Assembly: GCA_030390025.1 (NCBI GenBank)
Contig: CM059431.1
Span: 127,226,001 to 127,290,000 of the forward strand
Direction: 5' to 3'
From: Squalus acanthias
Taxonomy: Eukaryota
DNA length: 64,000 nt
The position numbers and the translations under genes were made by a program. Positions 23,615 through 35,242 of the stretch are shown one piece after another. Every line of letters begins with the position of its first letter. The stretch's first letter is position 1. The notes beneath the pieces were generated by a model. That model saw only the letters and a list, made by a program, of their open reading frames with translations. It did not search any database and was not told the DNA's origin.

Positions 23615-26600
23615 AGTGTTCAATGCTACAAGAAATCCTATAGTATCCTCTACTACTAACAAGAGAACAGACCATCTTAGATTTGGTAATGAATAATGAG
23701 CCTGAATTAGTCAAGAATCTAATAGTAAAGGAACATCTCGCTAACATTGACCATATATGATACAATTCAATATTAGGTTTAAGAGGGAGAAGGATGCGTC
23801 GCAAACTAAGATTTTAAATTTAGATAAGGCTGACGTTGGAGGGATGAGGCAGGAATTGACCACAATAGATTGGATAGAACTATTAAAAGATAAAATTACA
23901 GATGAACAATGGGAGGTGTTCAAAAATGTATTAGATACAATACAATACCTGTACATACCCCTAAAGGGCAAGAGCTCCACATATGTAATTAAACAACCTT
24001 GGTCATCAAGTGAAATGAGAGATAGTATAAAAATAAAAGAAAAGGCTTATACGAAGGCAAAGAACAGTAGAAATCCCATGGACTGGGAGAGTTATAAAGA
24101 ACAGCAAAGGGATACAGAGAAAGTGCTAGGAGCTGCACAAAGGGAATACGAGAAAAAGTTACGAGGATTGTCAAGGACAACACTAAAAGTTTTTACAAAT
24201 TTATTAAGAGAAAGAGAGTGGCTAAGAGTAATGTGGGACACTTAATAATAGACGCAAGTGATATTGTAATTGGAAATCAGGAAATGGCAAACTTGCTAAT
24301 AGTTACTTTATATCGGTCTTCACAGTAAAGGATGTAGATAAAGTACCAGAGATAATAGGAACACTAAAAAGAAATCAAGGGGGGAACTAACTAAATTCAA
24401 TATAAGGAAAAAAATGGTGATGGAGAAACTGATGTGATTAAAGATAAACAAATATCCAGGAACTGATGGTTTCCACACCAGGGTATTAAAAGAAGTAGGT
24501 GAGGAAATTGTTGATGCTTTAATCATGATCTTCCAAAACTCTCTTGATTCAGGAATTGTCCCCTTGGATTGGAAAACTGCCAATAACACTTCATTATTTA
24601 AGAAGGGTAGGAGAGATAAACTCAGAAATTATGGTCTATTACTTTAACAACAGTTGTGGGGAAGGCACTAGAATTTGTTACTAAGGACAGAGTGACTGAG
24701 CATTTGGACAAATATGAGCGAATCAGAGACAGCCAGCATGGAATTTGTAGAGGGTGGTGTGGTAGGGTCAGCTTCACCTCTGACTTCAGTGAGCGATTCG
24801 AATCGCTCCCATTCCCCTGGTTCTAGACCTTGGACTTATTTAGGGGTCTTGAACAAAGGTGCAGTAGACAACAGGTTTTGATGAAAGAACTTTAACTTTT
24901 ATTCAAGAAAAGGTAAATACAACACAAACAATCTTAAAACACACTTAATACTTAAACACAGGTTGGGGAACACACGAGGGAGAATTACAGTATACAAAAC
25001 CCCTTATCCCTCCCAATCCCACTGCCTAGCTAGGTTTGATTCCAGAGGACCAGGAATAATGCTAATTAAATGACAGTTCTTGACAGTTGAGGTATTTCGC
25101 GATTTCGGGGTTCACTGGGGTTTTTGGTTGTTGGGGCCTGCCGTACCCCGGACGTGGTAGAAGACTTCAGTTGCACTCCAGGTCAGTTTGGGTCTGTCCG
25201 CTGATGCGGTAAGGTGCGTATTGGATTATATCAGGTGAGTACCCAATTTTCTTTGTTAGAGGTAGGGTTTAGAGTTTTTTAAGGGAAAATCTTACCCAGG
25301 GGTAAGTCAGGAATAGTTTGTAGCGTGGAAACTTGCGTGTCTTCAGTTTTTCCTGGTGTTGGTCTTTCGGTGGTCGCGATGGCCTGGTTCGCACCTGGTT
25401 GGTCGGTGGCGTTGTGTTGGTTGGTTCGTGGGGCCTTGGTTGCTGCGAGGCATTGGGAACCTTTTTCCTAGTCGGGTCCGCCGGTGACCCCCCTTACTGT
25501 GGCGTGTTGTCCTTGCGTGCCTCGGTACTGTTACTAACTTTAAACTGCCTCTCTGGACAGCCTTGAACTAACTTTTAGTATAGTGTTGTAACAAACTGCA
25601 CGGCTTGAACAGACACTATCACAGTGTCTCTCGGGTTCCTCGTGTCTTCTTGCCCGTGGCTTTAGGCCTGCCTGCCTTCCGAAGGTTCTTCTTGTGACTC
25701 GTTCCTTGTTGCTTGGCTCTGGTGTCGAACCTGTGTGGCTCTCTTTCTTCGCTCGCTTCGCTTGCTTCTTGGGGGAATAGGCCCCCAATTATACTGTTCA
25801 GGTCTATTGTGTTTTTCGTGCCAAAACTGCTTTACTAATCGATTTCGCGTTAAAGTGATTTAGGTTTCAGTTGAGGCCTGTTTATCTTCGCGCCAAATCT
25901 CGCTTCTTTTGTCTTAGGTTTTGGCGGGCTTGTTAAACTGTTCGGTCGATACTTGGCTAATCGGGTTTTGATGGGATGATGGGCTATGAAAGCTGTGTAC
26001 TTGCAGTTTTATTGTTAGGAATTGTTTTCAGACTTCCAGCATCCTGTCTGGACCTGGGGATTTCAAAAGGGGTCTTGGTTTATTCATTTTTGAATGTGTT
26101 TGTGATGTTTTGGATGAGGCTCTTCCACCTTGGTTGGATTGCAGTGCAAACATCTCGCAGACAGCTTGACTTGGTCCCAATATCCAAAAGCTGTCCACTG
26201 CCACACCACACCCCTTCCCGCAGCCTGTGTTTCTGTGACTGCAGGTTTACCCAATGGCCCTTTTTAAAAGGTATCTTATCATCCAAAGTCATTTTCCTCA
26301 GGTTTTTTTTCCTTCCTTGATCCTTTTCAAAATGTACTTCAAAACTGAGGTTTTCACCTCAAATTCCTTCATTTCGGTCCCACCATTCCAAATTCGTGTT
26401 AAGATCCAAAAATCACCCCCTTTAGGGTTCTATTCGAGTTTTTGGGGGATTTTGCGAAGCCTACAAATTGTACAGGGTAAGTCATGTCTAATGAACCTAG
26501 TTGAATTTTTTGAGGAGGTAACTAATGTGGTAGATAAGGGAGTGTCAATGGATGTTATTTATATGGACTTCCAGAAGGCATTTGACAATATTCCACATCA

Positions 26601-27635
26601 AGACTGTAAACAAAAATGAGAGCTCATGGAATTGGAGGCAACCTATTGACATGGGTAGGAAATTGATTTGGAGATAGGAGTCAGAGAGTAGGGATAATCG
26701 GTCTGTATTCAAATTGGCACTATATTTATAAATGACTTAGACCACAAAGTAGAGAGCCATATATCTAAGTTTGCTGATGACATCAAGTTAGGTGGCACAG
26801 TAAATAGTGTAGATGGGGACAGAAAGTTGCAAAGTGACATTGATAGATTAAGTGAATGGGCAAAACTGCGGCTGGTGGAGTTCAATGTGGGAAAGTGTGA
26901 GGTCATCCACGTTGGACCTAAGAAAGATAGATCAGAATATTTTCTAAATGGCAAGAAGCTAGGAACAGACAGGACCAGAGAGGTTGAGGGATCCAAGTAC
27001 AGAAATCACTAAAAACTAGTGGACAGGTACAAAAAAATAATTAAAAGACTAATGGAATGTTGGTCTTTATCTCAAGGGGGCTGGAATACAAAAGGGTGGA
27101 AGTTATATTGCAGCTGTACAAAGATCCAGTTAGACCCCATCTGGAGTATTGCATTTGGTTCTGGGTATTGCACCTCAGGAAGGATATATTGGCCTAGGAG
27201 GGGGTGCAGCACAGATTCACCAGAATAATATCGGGGATGAAAGGGTTAAATTATGAGGACAGGTTGCATAAAGTAGACTTGTATTCCCTTCAGTACAGAA
27301 GATTAAGGGATGATCTAATTGAGCTATTTAAGATGATTAAAGGATTTGAAAGGGTAGACAGAGAGAAACTGTTTCCTCTGGTGGGAGAGACCAGAACAAG
27401 GGGGCATAACTTTAAAAACAGAGCTAGGCCATTCAGACGTGATGTCAGAAAGCACTTTTTCACACAAAGAGTAGTGGAAATCTGAAACTTTCTCTCCAAA
27501 AAGCTGTTGAGGCTCGGTCAATTGGAAATTTCAAAACTGAGATTGATAGATTTTTGTTAGGCAAGGATATTAAGGGATAGCTAAAATACAGATCAGCCAC
27601 AACCTAATTGAATGGCACAACAGGCTTGAGGGGCC
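23615..27635 (+). mobile_element. CR1 LINE (end of EN through RT to 3' end), degraded, interrupted by solo LTR-A
   Basis: Fragmented ORFs containing GKSCLMNLVEFFEEV, YMDFQKAFD, KFADD, FNVGKCEV and RRLRDDLIE. Confidence 0.9.
24746..26465 (-). mobile_element. Solo LTR-A (1720 bp) of an unidentified LTR retroelement
   Basis: Termini TGTAG...CTACA with 4-bp TSD aatt (24742-24745, 26466-26469), cleanly splitting CR1. Minus-strand TATA-like motif (~25789) and AATAAA (~24898) give the inferred orientation. Confidence 0.8.
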
Positions 27636-27859
27636 ATCATCCCATGGCAGCTGGTTCCTGGCATGAAGCTACTGCTGGTTACATCTTTGGAGGGTGCTCT
27701 TAGGCAGCCTGCTCTCCTCTCCCACATTCCCTTTGCAAGGTGCTCTGAGCAAGATCGCTGGAGACCTGGGATGTTGTATTGTTCTGATTGGCTTCGTCCT
27801 CATCATCCTCTTCACCATCACCTTCCTCCTGTTGTGCCGCCGATTGCTGTGGTGGCTCT

Positions 27860-30090
27860 CTTCTTCTTCTTAGGCAGTCTCTCGGAACCGAGGATGACTT
27901 GCTTCCACATTAAAAATGAGTTTGCAGGTGACTGATGAGTCCAATGTGGGACCTACAGTCTCTATCACAGGTGGGGCAGACGGTGGTTGAAGGGGCGGGT
28001 GGGTGGGGTGCTTGGGTTGATGCGCGCTCCTTGCGCTACCTGCGCTTTGCTTCCGCTTGCTCCCGGCGAAGAGGCTCGAGGTGTTCGGCGCCTTCCCGGA
28101 TGCTTCTCCTCCACTTTGTGCGGTCTTGGGCCAGGGATTCCCAGGTGTCGGTGGGGATGTTACACTTTTTCAAGGAGGCTTTGAGAGTGTCCTTGAAGCG
28201 TTTCCTCTGCCCACCTGGGGCTCTCTTGCCGTGCCGGAGCTCCGAGTAGAGCGCTTGTTTTGGGAGTCTCGTATCGGGCATGCGGACAATGTGACCCGTC
28301 CATCGGAGCTGATCGAGCGTGGTCAAAGCTTCGATGCTGGGGATGTTGGCCTGAGCGAGAACACTGGTGTTGGTGCGCCTATCCTGCCAATGGATTTGCA
28401 GGATCTTGCGGAGGCAGCATTGGTGGTACCTCTCCAGTGCTTTGAGGTGCCTGCTGTACATGGTCCATGTCTCTGAGGCATACAGCAGGGCGGGTATCAC
28501 TGCTGCTCTGTAGACCATGAGCTTAGTGCCGGGTTTGAGGTCCTGGTCTTCAAACACTCTCTTCCTCAGGCAACCAAAGGCTGCACTGGCACACTGAAGG
28601 CGGTGTTGGACTTCGTTGTCGACGTCTGCCCTTGTTGACAGTAGGCTCCCGAGGTATGGAAAGTGGTCCACGTTGTCCAAGGCCTTGTCGTGGATTTTGA
28701 TAATTGGGGGGCAGTACTGTGTGGCGGGGGCAGGTTGGTAGAGGACCTTTGTCTTACGGATGTTTAGTGTAAGGCCCATGCTCTCATATGCTTCGGTGAA
28801 GGTGTTAACGATGGTTTGGAGTTTGACCTCCGAGTGAGCGCAGACGCAAGCGTCATCTGCATAATGTAATTCGACGACAGAGGATGGGACGACCTTGGAT
28901 CTGGACTGGAGGCGATGGAGGTTTAACAGTTTCCCGTTTGTTCTGTAAATTAGCTCCACTCCAGCGGGGAGCTTACTGAGGGTGAGATGGAGCATTGCAG
29001 CAAGGAAGATCGAGAAGAGCGTTGGTGCGATGACACAGCCTTGCTTGACCCCGGTTCGTACGTGAATTGGGTCTGTGGTGGAACCGTTGGTCAGGATCAC
29101 GGCTTGCATGTCGTCATGAAGCAGGCGGAGGATGGTGACAAACTTTTGAGGACAGCCGAATTTGAGGAGGACACTCCATAATCCCTCACGGTTGACAGTG
29201 TCGAATGCCTTTGTGAGATCAAAGAAGGCCATGTACAGCGGTTGGTGCTGTTCCCTGCATTTCTCTTGTAATTGACGTGCGGTGAAGATCATGTCCATTG
29301 TGTCCCTTAGTGGGCGGAATCCACATTGCGACTCTGGGAGGAGCTCTTCGGCCACTGGGAGAAGGCGATTTTCGGAGGATTCTTGCGATGACTTTCCCTG
29401 TGGCAGACAGCAGGGAAACTCCTCTGTAATTACCGCAATCGGAGTGGTCACCTTTCTTGAAGATGGTCACAATTACGGCGTCTCTGAGATCCCCTGGAAT
29501 GCTCTCCTCCTTCCAGATAAGAGAAATGAGTTCATGAATTCACGCCAGTAGTGCTTCTCCGCCATGCTTTAGTGCCTCGGCGGGGATTCCATCTGCTCCT
29601 GAGGCCTTGTTGTTCTTCAGTTGTCGGATGGCATTTTCAACCTCATGCCGGGCTGGGGTTGTGCTGAGATGGTGGCGGGTAACATGCTGCGGGATGCAGT
29701 TGAGGACACTCGCGTCGAAGACAGAGTCGCGGTTAAGGAGATCTTCGAAGTGCTCCTTCCAGCGGGCACTGACTGCCTCTCTGTCCTTGATGAGTACCTC
29801 TCCGTTCTTGGCCCGCGGTGGGGTAGGGCCTTGGGTGCTTGGGCCGTAGATGGTCTTGACTGTGCTAAAGAATCCACGCACGTCGTGGTTGTCAGCTAGC
29901 TGCTGGATCTCCTGCGCTTTCTCCACCCACCATCTGTTCTTTACGTCGCGAGTTTTTTGTTGGACCTCGGCCTTCAGGCGTCTGTAGAGCTGCTTTCTTG
30001 CTCTCGAGTTCAGTTGCTGTTTCCAGATCAGGATGCAGTTGAGGACACTGCGCTTGCGGCTTATTAGCTCCTGGATCTCCTGGTCGTTCC
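27860..30090 (-). mobile_element. RTE-clade LINE, 5'-truncated, with 62-bp TSD
   Basis: ORF 28036-29451: LPESQCGFRP...QEKCREQ...FFDLTKAFD...GVKQGC...YADD...QLRWTGH. (GAA)n tail. Flanking direct repeat at 27798-27859 / 30091-30152. Confidence 0.93.
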
Positions 30091-30474
30091 CTTCATCATC
30101 CTCTTCACCATCACCTTCCTCCTGTTGTGCCACCGATTGCTGTGGTGGATCTGCAGGGAGGGTAAAAGACAACAATGGGTGGGCATCACCCACTTGGGAT
30201 TATGGAGAAGCCGAAGAGGGTGGGAGGTTGTGGTCAAGTGGTGCACAGGCTGAAAATTCATTTGAAAAGCTGCACAAAAGTTTGATGCTTTCACAGCTGC
30301 TTGCCGCAGTTTTACACCAATGCATACACAGGAAACTTTTATGTATCTTCTGGTAGGGCCCAGTGGTGGATGTAACACTTCAATGGAAAAAGAAATTTAG
30401 TGAGTTGTAAAATGGGTGGCCGATTCACTAGCATCACTTTGTCGTTAACAGTTAAAGTTACTCCCTTTGTAATT

Positions 30475-31205
30475 TTTATTATTTGTTCCTGGGATGTGGG
30501 TGTCGCTGGCAAAGCCAGCATTTATTGCCCATCGCGAACTGCCCTTGAGGAAGTGGTGGTGAGCCGTCTTCTTGAACCGCTGCAGTCCTTGTGGTGAAGG
30601 TACTCCCACAGTGCTGTTAGGGGGGTAGTTCCAGGATTTTGACCCAGCGACGATGAAGGATTGGCGATATATTTCCAAGTCAGGATGGTGTGTGACTTGG
30701 AGGGAAATTTGCAGGTGATGGTTTTCCCATGCACCTGCTGCCCTTGTCCTTCTAAGTGGGAGAGGACACAGGTTTGGGAGGAGCTTTCAGAGAAGCCTTG
30801 GCGAGTTGCTGCAGTGTATCTTATTGATGGTATACACTGCAGCCACGCTACACCGGTGGTGGAGGGAGTGAATGTTTAAGGTGGTGGATGGGGTGCCAAT
30901 CAAGCGGGCTGCTTTGTCCTGGATGGTGTTGAGCTTCTTGAGTGTTGGAGCTGCACTCATCCAGGCAAGTGGAGAGTATTCCATCACACTCCTGACTTGT
31001 GCCTTGTAGATAGTGAAAAGGCTTTGGGGAGCCAGGAGGTGAGATACTCGCCACAGAATACCCAGCCTCTGACCTGCTCTTGTTGCCACAGTATTTATGT
31101 GGCTGGTCCAGTTAAGTTTCTGGTTAATGGTGACCCCCAGGAAGTTGATGGTGGGGGATTTGGTGATGGTAATGCCATTGAAAGTCAAGGGGTGGTGGTT
31201 GGACA
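30475..31205 (-). mobile_element. LINE-A 3' fragment
   Basis: ORF 30787-31206 matches the 9403-10128 translation, and the same 3' tail is present. Confidence 0.9.
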
Positions 31206-31631
31206 TGCTGGGGGATCAGGTGGAGAGAGCCATTACACAGGGTCTCGCTGCCCTCATTTCTACTTAGAGCCTCGCTGACATGCAGTTTACTGGACATAGA
31301 TTGAAGGAAAGCAGCTGGCTGAATTAGGCATGGTTAAGGCTGTACCTCCCAGAACAATGCCACATTTAGCCCCTCCAGCATACCCCCTCAAATGACAGCC
31401 AAAACGTGCCAGAAAGTGAGCAGGATCAGGCAGCCACTGCAGCAGTAGATATGATGGAGCCAGTTACAAGTGTCAACTCATGACTCAGCACAATGAGGGG
31501 AACCTCAATGCCAAGAGAGTCCCATGGACACCCAGTAGCCAAGAATTGCCATTAGCTAGTAGAATAACTAATCCACATCTTAAGTAAATATTAGACTAAC
31601 TTGCAGCTGTACTTCTTGATCAAGCAGCTCT

Positions 31632-31805
31632 AGAGGTGCATTTCCACGGGGATTCTTCTGCTTGTCCTCCATAACTTCATAGGAAGAGCTGCAGAAAACC
31701 CCCAAAAATGGCGTGAACATAAACGCCAATTTTCTGGGGTTTCTGCAGTTCTTTCGCCAAGGATAAGATGGATGAATGGGAGAACCCCTGTGGAAATTAG
31801 TTCCC
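31632..31805. mobile_element. Short Harbinger-type MITE, TSD TCT
   Basis: Inverted ends ...atttccacgggg / cccctgtggaaat..., with tct on both sides. Confidence 0.65.
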
Positions 31806-32084
31806 TCTGTTTATATAGCATAGCGATCATTTTACAAGTTCTACTGCTGACAGGAAGTGTCATCCATCAGTAGCATTGATAAAGTCATTAAACCCTTTCA
31901 GAATGTAAAGTATATGGGCAATTTACTGATTGGTTCTGATGGCAGGGAGATTGGCCTTTTGAGACTGTTCGGAACTTAAATTGATGGTCAGAAATTCATT
32001 GGTCTGAATTTCCAATATGTGCTCTTGGCTGGCCAGACGCCCTGCCACAAGGTGAAGTCTGAAAATGACCTTTTTTATATATAT

Positions 32085-32696
32085 GGGGTAGATATTACTT
32101 GCGATCGCTTTCATTGGCCGGGTGGCAGGCAAAGTGAGCCCGCCCCCTGCCCGCTGGAAGTGGTTAGACATCCAAATAATTTCTGTGGTCAAGCCTCATT
32201 TAAATATAATTGGCAAGCTGCCATCGCTAAATGAGCTGATCCAGTAAGTAAAAGAGAGTAGGCTATCCCGAGGGAGGGCCACGAAGGGTGAGTCATCAGG
32301 GGGAGGGGATTGTTGAATTCTGTAGATCATTAATGCTCCTCCTGACCCCACAAAAATAATTTACACACCTTTTTTGAAACGTTATTTTGAGTGGCCTGCA
32401 ACAGTCCCTTTAAGGACCACTAGTTAGGCCGTTCAAAGCCAAGTACCAATGGGTGAAGCAAGGCCACACACTGCTCTGCCCATTGGTAATTCAAAATGGC
32501 ATCAGGATCCGATTGGCGGCTTGCATGGGCTAATCAGTGCCCACTTGTGTTCGGCGATTTCTTGGGCCGCCGAGTTCAAAGCCCCCACCATAATTGCGGT
32601 GGCCAGAGCAGCAGTAGGAATGGGGCAGTAACAGCTGCGCTGCGATTTTCAATACACCACCGGACTGTTACTGCCCAGTGGTGATAAATTGGCCCC
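32085..32696. mobile_element. Harbinger-type MITE
   Basis: Ends ggggtagatatt / ataaattggcccc, with flanks tat/tgt. Confidence 0.55.
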
Positions 32697-32999
32697 TGTG
32701 AGATGACAGGCTGAACAATGAACTACCTTGACGATGGGTTTTGATTGCAACATAGTGGGGATGAAGACAAGTGCGTAGAATGACATATTTGGAGACCAGA
32801 AAGAACATAATTAAGAAACCTGAAAGGTGCCGGAGCAGTCTTGGTCCAACTCATTTGATTTTTATCTTCTTGTAAACAGCTGTGTTTTATTATACGTATT
32901 GATTTGAACACAAAATTTTGTAACTATTGTAAAATACTTTTCTAAAGATTGAACAGTGATAGAATCACTGTGGTGTAAGACTGATATTATTGTGATATA

Positions 33000-33038
33000 G
33001 TCACCTGGCAACTGGCATCTGTGCGTTGCTATGGTGAC
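33000..33038. promoter_or_regulatory. Pair of RFX X-box motifs (candidate enhancer)
   Basis: GTCACCTGGCAAC (33000-33012) and GTTGCTATGGTGAC (33025-33038) in unique sequence. Motif match only. Confidence 0.45.
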
Positions 33039-33618
33039 AGCAGATTTGTGAGCTCAGTCATGGCGTGCATTGGAAGGAATTGAAAAGCTCTTCTAATTTG
33101 TCTGCTTTGATGTGCATGTGTCAGCTGCTGCGCCATGAGACTTCAGCAGCGAAGAAGTCGTATCAGTTTAAAATAGAAAACAGCACAAATGAATTCCCAG
33201 TTTAGGATCCATAGATCCATAGATGCAGCAAAAACCAAAATATCAGTTTACAGCTCATCAGAAACCTGACTGAGGTGCAACAGAGGATCTCAGGGCCAAG
33301 AGCAGGCCTCAGTTCGGTGTCCCAGTAGAATAAAAGGCTGAAATTGCAAGGCTTTGTTGTTGGCACATTGCCTCACTGGACATGAGTGTAGCTTACAGAA
33401 TTGTTGGCGTGCAGTTTCAGCCCTTAAAACTCAACAATACATTGCCACCTCCTATTAACTACAGCTTTTTTCAAGTACATCAGGCATTGATTTGGATATC
33501 ATCTTTTATTTTTTTCTGCTTAATTATTTACATCAGTAAGTGCTTCAATTTAGAAATCCTATCATTTTCTGATGGTTAAAAGAGTGGGCAGATATCAATC
33601 AGGAACTAGTAAGAAATG

Positions 33619-34519
33619 GGCGGGGGGGGGAGTTTTAACCCCCAAAAATGGGTGGGTTGGGGTCAGGTGGGAGGTCAAAGAGTTAAAAATCTGAATCCCG
33701 ACTCCAACCCGCTCACTTCTGGTTTTAACAGAGGCGGGACGGGAGGCTGCAGGAGGCGGGTTGGCACTTTGAATATTATAATGAGGCTGTGTGCCTCGTG
33801 GTGATCCACCATTTTAAATTTAACTTTCGGCAAGCGGTTTTCCCAGGCCTCGGGGGACCCACTAGCTGAAGGGAGGCGAGGGCGGCTGGATCCAGGTAGA
33901 AAGTGCCTTTCCACTTACCTGCTGGATCCAGCATTCCTGCAGTGCAAACTCCCTGCGATTGGACACCCCCCTACCCTTCGAATCTCCGCTGTCCCCACCC
34001 CCCACCAGACCTTCGACTCACCCCCCCCCATGAGGCCTACAATCTCCGATCCCCTCTCCGGCCTTCCGACCTCCAGCCCCCGACCCCTCCTCCAGTCCTT
34101 GAGCCCCCCTCCGGCATTTTGACCTCCCCCTCCAGCTTTCCGACCCAATCCAGCCTCCGATCCTCCCTCTGGCCTTCCTCCCTCCCCCCTCCAGCCTTCT
34201 GACCCCCCTCCGGCCTCCAATCCCCCCTCCAGCCTGCCGACCCCACCCCTCCAGCCTTTTGACCATCCTCCGGCCTCCCGATCACCCCCACCCCCGCACC
34301 ACTAATCCCTCCCTCCCTCCTCTCTCCGGCCTGGTGCCACAGCCCTACTCGCCCGACAGCCAGACAGCCTCTCCATCTGTCTGGCTGCAGGCAGGAAATA
34401 GAGATCCAAAATGTTAATCAGGCCCTGCCGTTAAATTCAGCAGGGCCTGAGGGAAACCCAGGTCTCGACCACATTGCAGCCCTCCGCTCCCTACCCGCCT
34501 CCAAATTAAAATATTGGCC
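33619..34519. mobile_element. Harbinger-type MITE, TSD ATG, with internal C-rich tandem repeats
   Basis: atg at 33616-33618 and 34520-34522. Right terminus aaaatattggcc. (ccctccggccttccgac)-like array at ~33960-34320. Confidence 0.8.
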
Positions 34520-35242
34520 ATGATATCTGATTAACTCCTAATAGATTTATGGTAGATAATCAGTAAACAAAATGCCAATCAGGAGCTTATCATGCTCTTC
34601 CCAACTAATTTTCCATTTTATTATATGCCAACTAGTCAAAATCTTTATAGAATTCAATCAGAACTTAGTTAAAATCCAAGCATAACCCTGACAGCATCTA
34701 TGAGAAACCAATATAAAGTCCCACTACACCACCATGGTTGTAAAGAATGCAAGATAAAATAAAGAAGTAATGATTAATAACAAGATGACAGCTGTCTTGG
34801 GTTTAAAAGCCTGAAGAGTATAGGTGGAGAGAACCAAAGACTGAGGAAAGTAAGGAACTCTACAATTTTTAGGTCCTGGGACAGAATGAGTTAGAGTAAA
34901 AGTGTAAAATTTGAGTAATGAGTCTCGATTTGCAGTGGGATTATTTAGGCAGGTCTAAATGGCTTGCTGGATAATTGCACTTGGTGCAAAGCTGGCACGG
35001 TTTCAGCTTTATGGCATCTGGCAGACTTCCCCAGTGCCTGTTCTGATCTTACACCCACAGCCTCAGGGAACCAAAGAATATCTCCCCTTGTGTCTTTGAA
35101 GAGTTGAAGGGAACAGGATGTTTAGTACCACATCAAAAGTTAGAACAATGAAAATTTAGTGATGCAGCCATCGTCCCAAGAGGGTTAGGGATTGTGAGCA
35201 GGAATGGCATTCAATCTGAGGGAAGGTTTTAAATGTTTTTAA

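Noticed and set aside
24746..26465. Assignment of the solo LTRs to foamy viruses
   Set aside because: Length and 4-bp TSD fit, but the inferred short U3 and long R do not, and no internal genes are present to classify them.
28057..28476. Plus-strand ORFs overlapping the RTE (also antisense ORFs over LINE-A)
   Set aside because: Antisense shadows of GC-rich RT coding sequence with no recognisable motifs.
33903..34291. Pro-rich and Gly-rich ORFs
   Set aside because: Translations of a C-rich tandem array inside a MITE.
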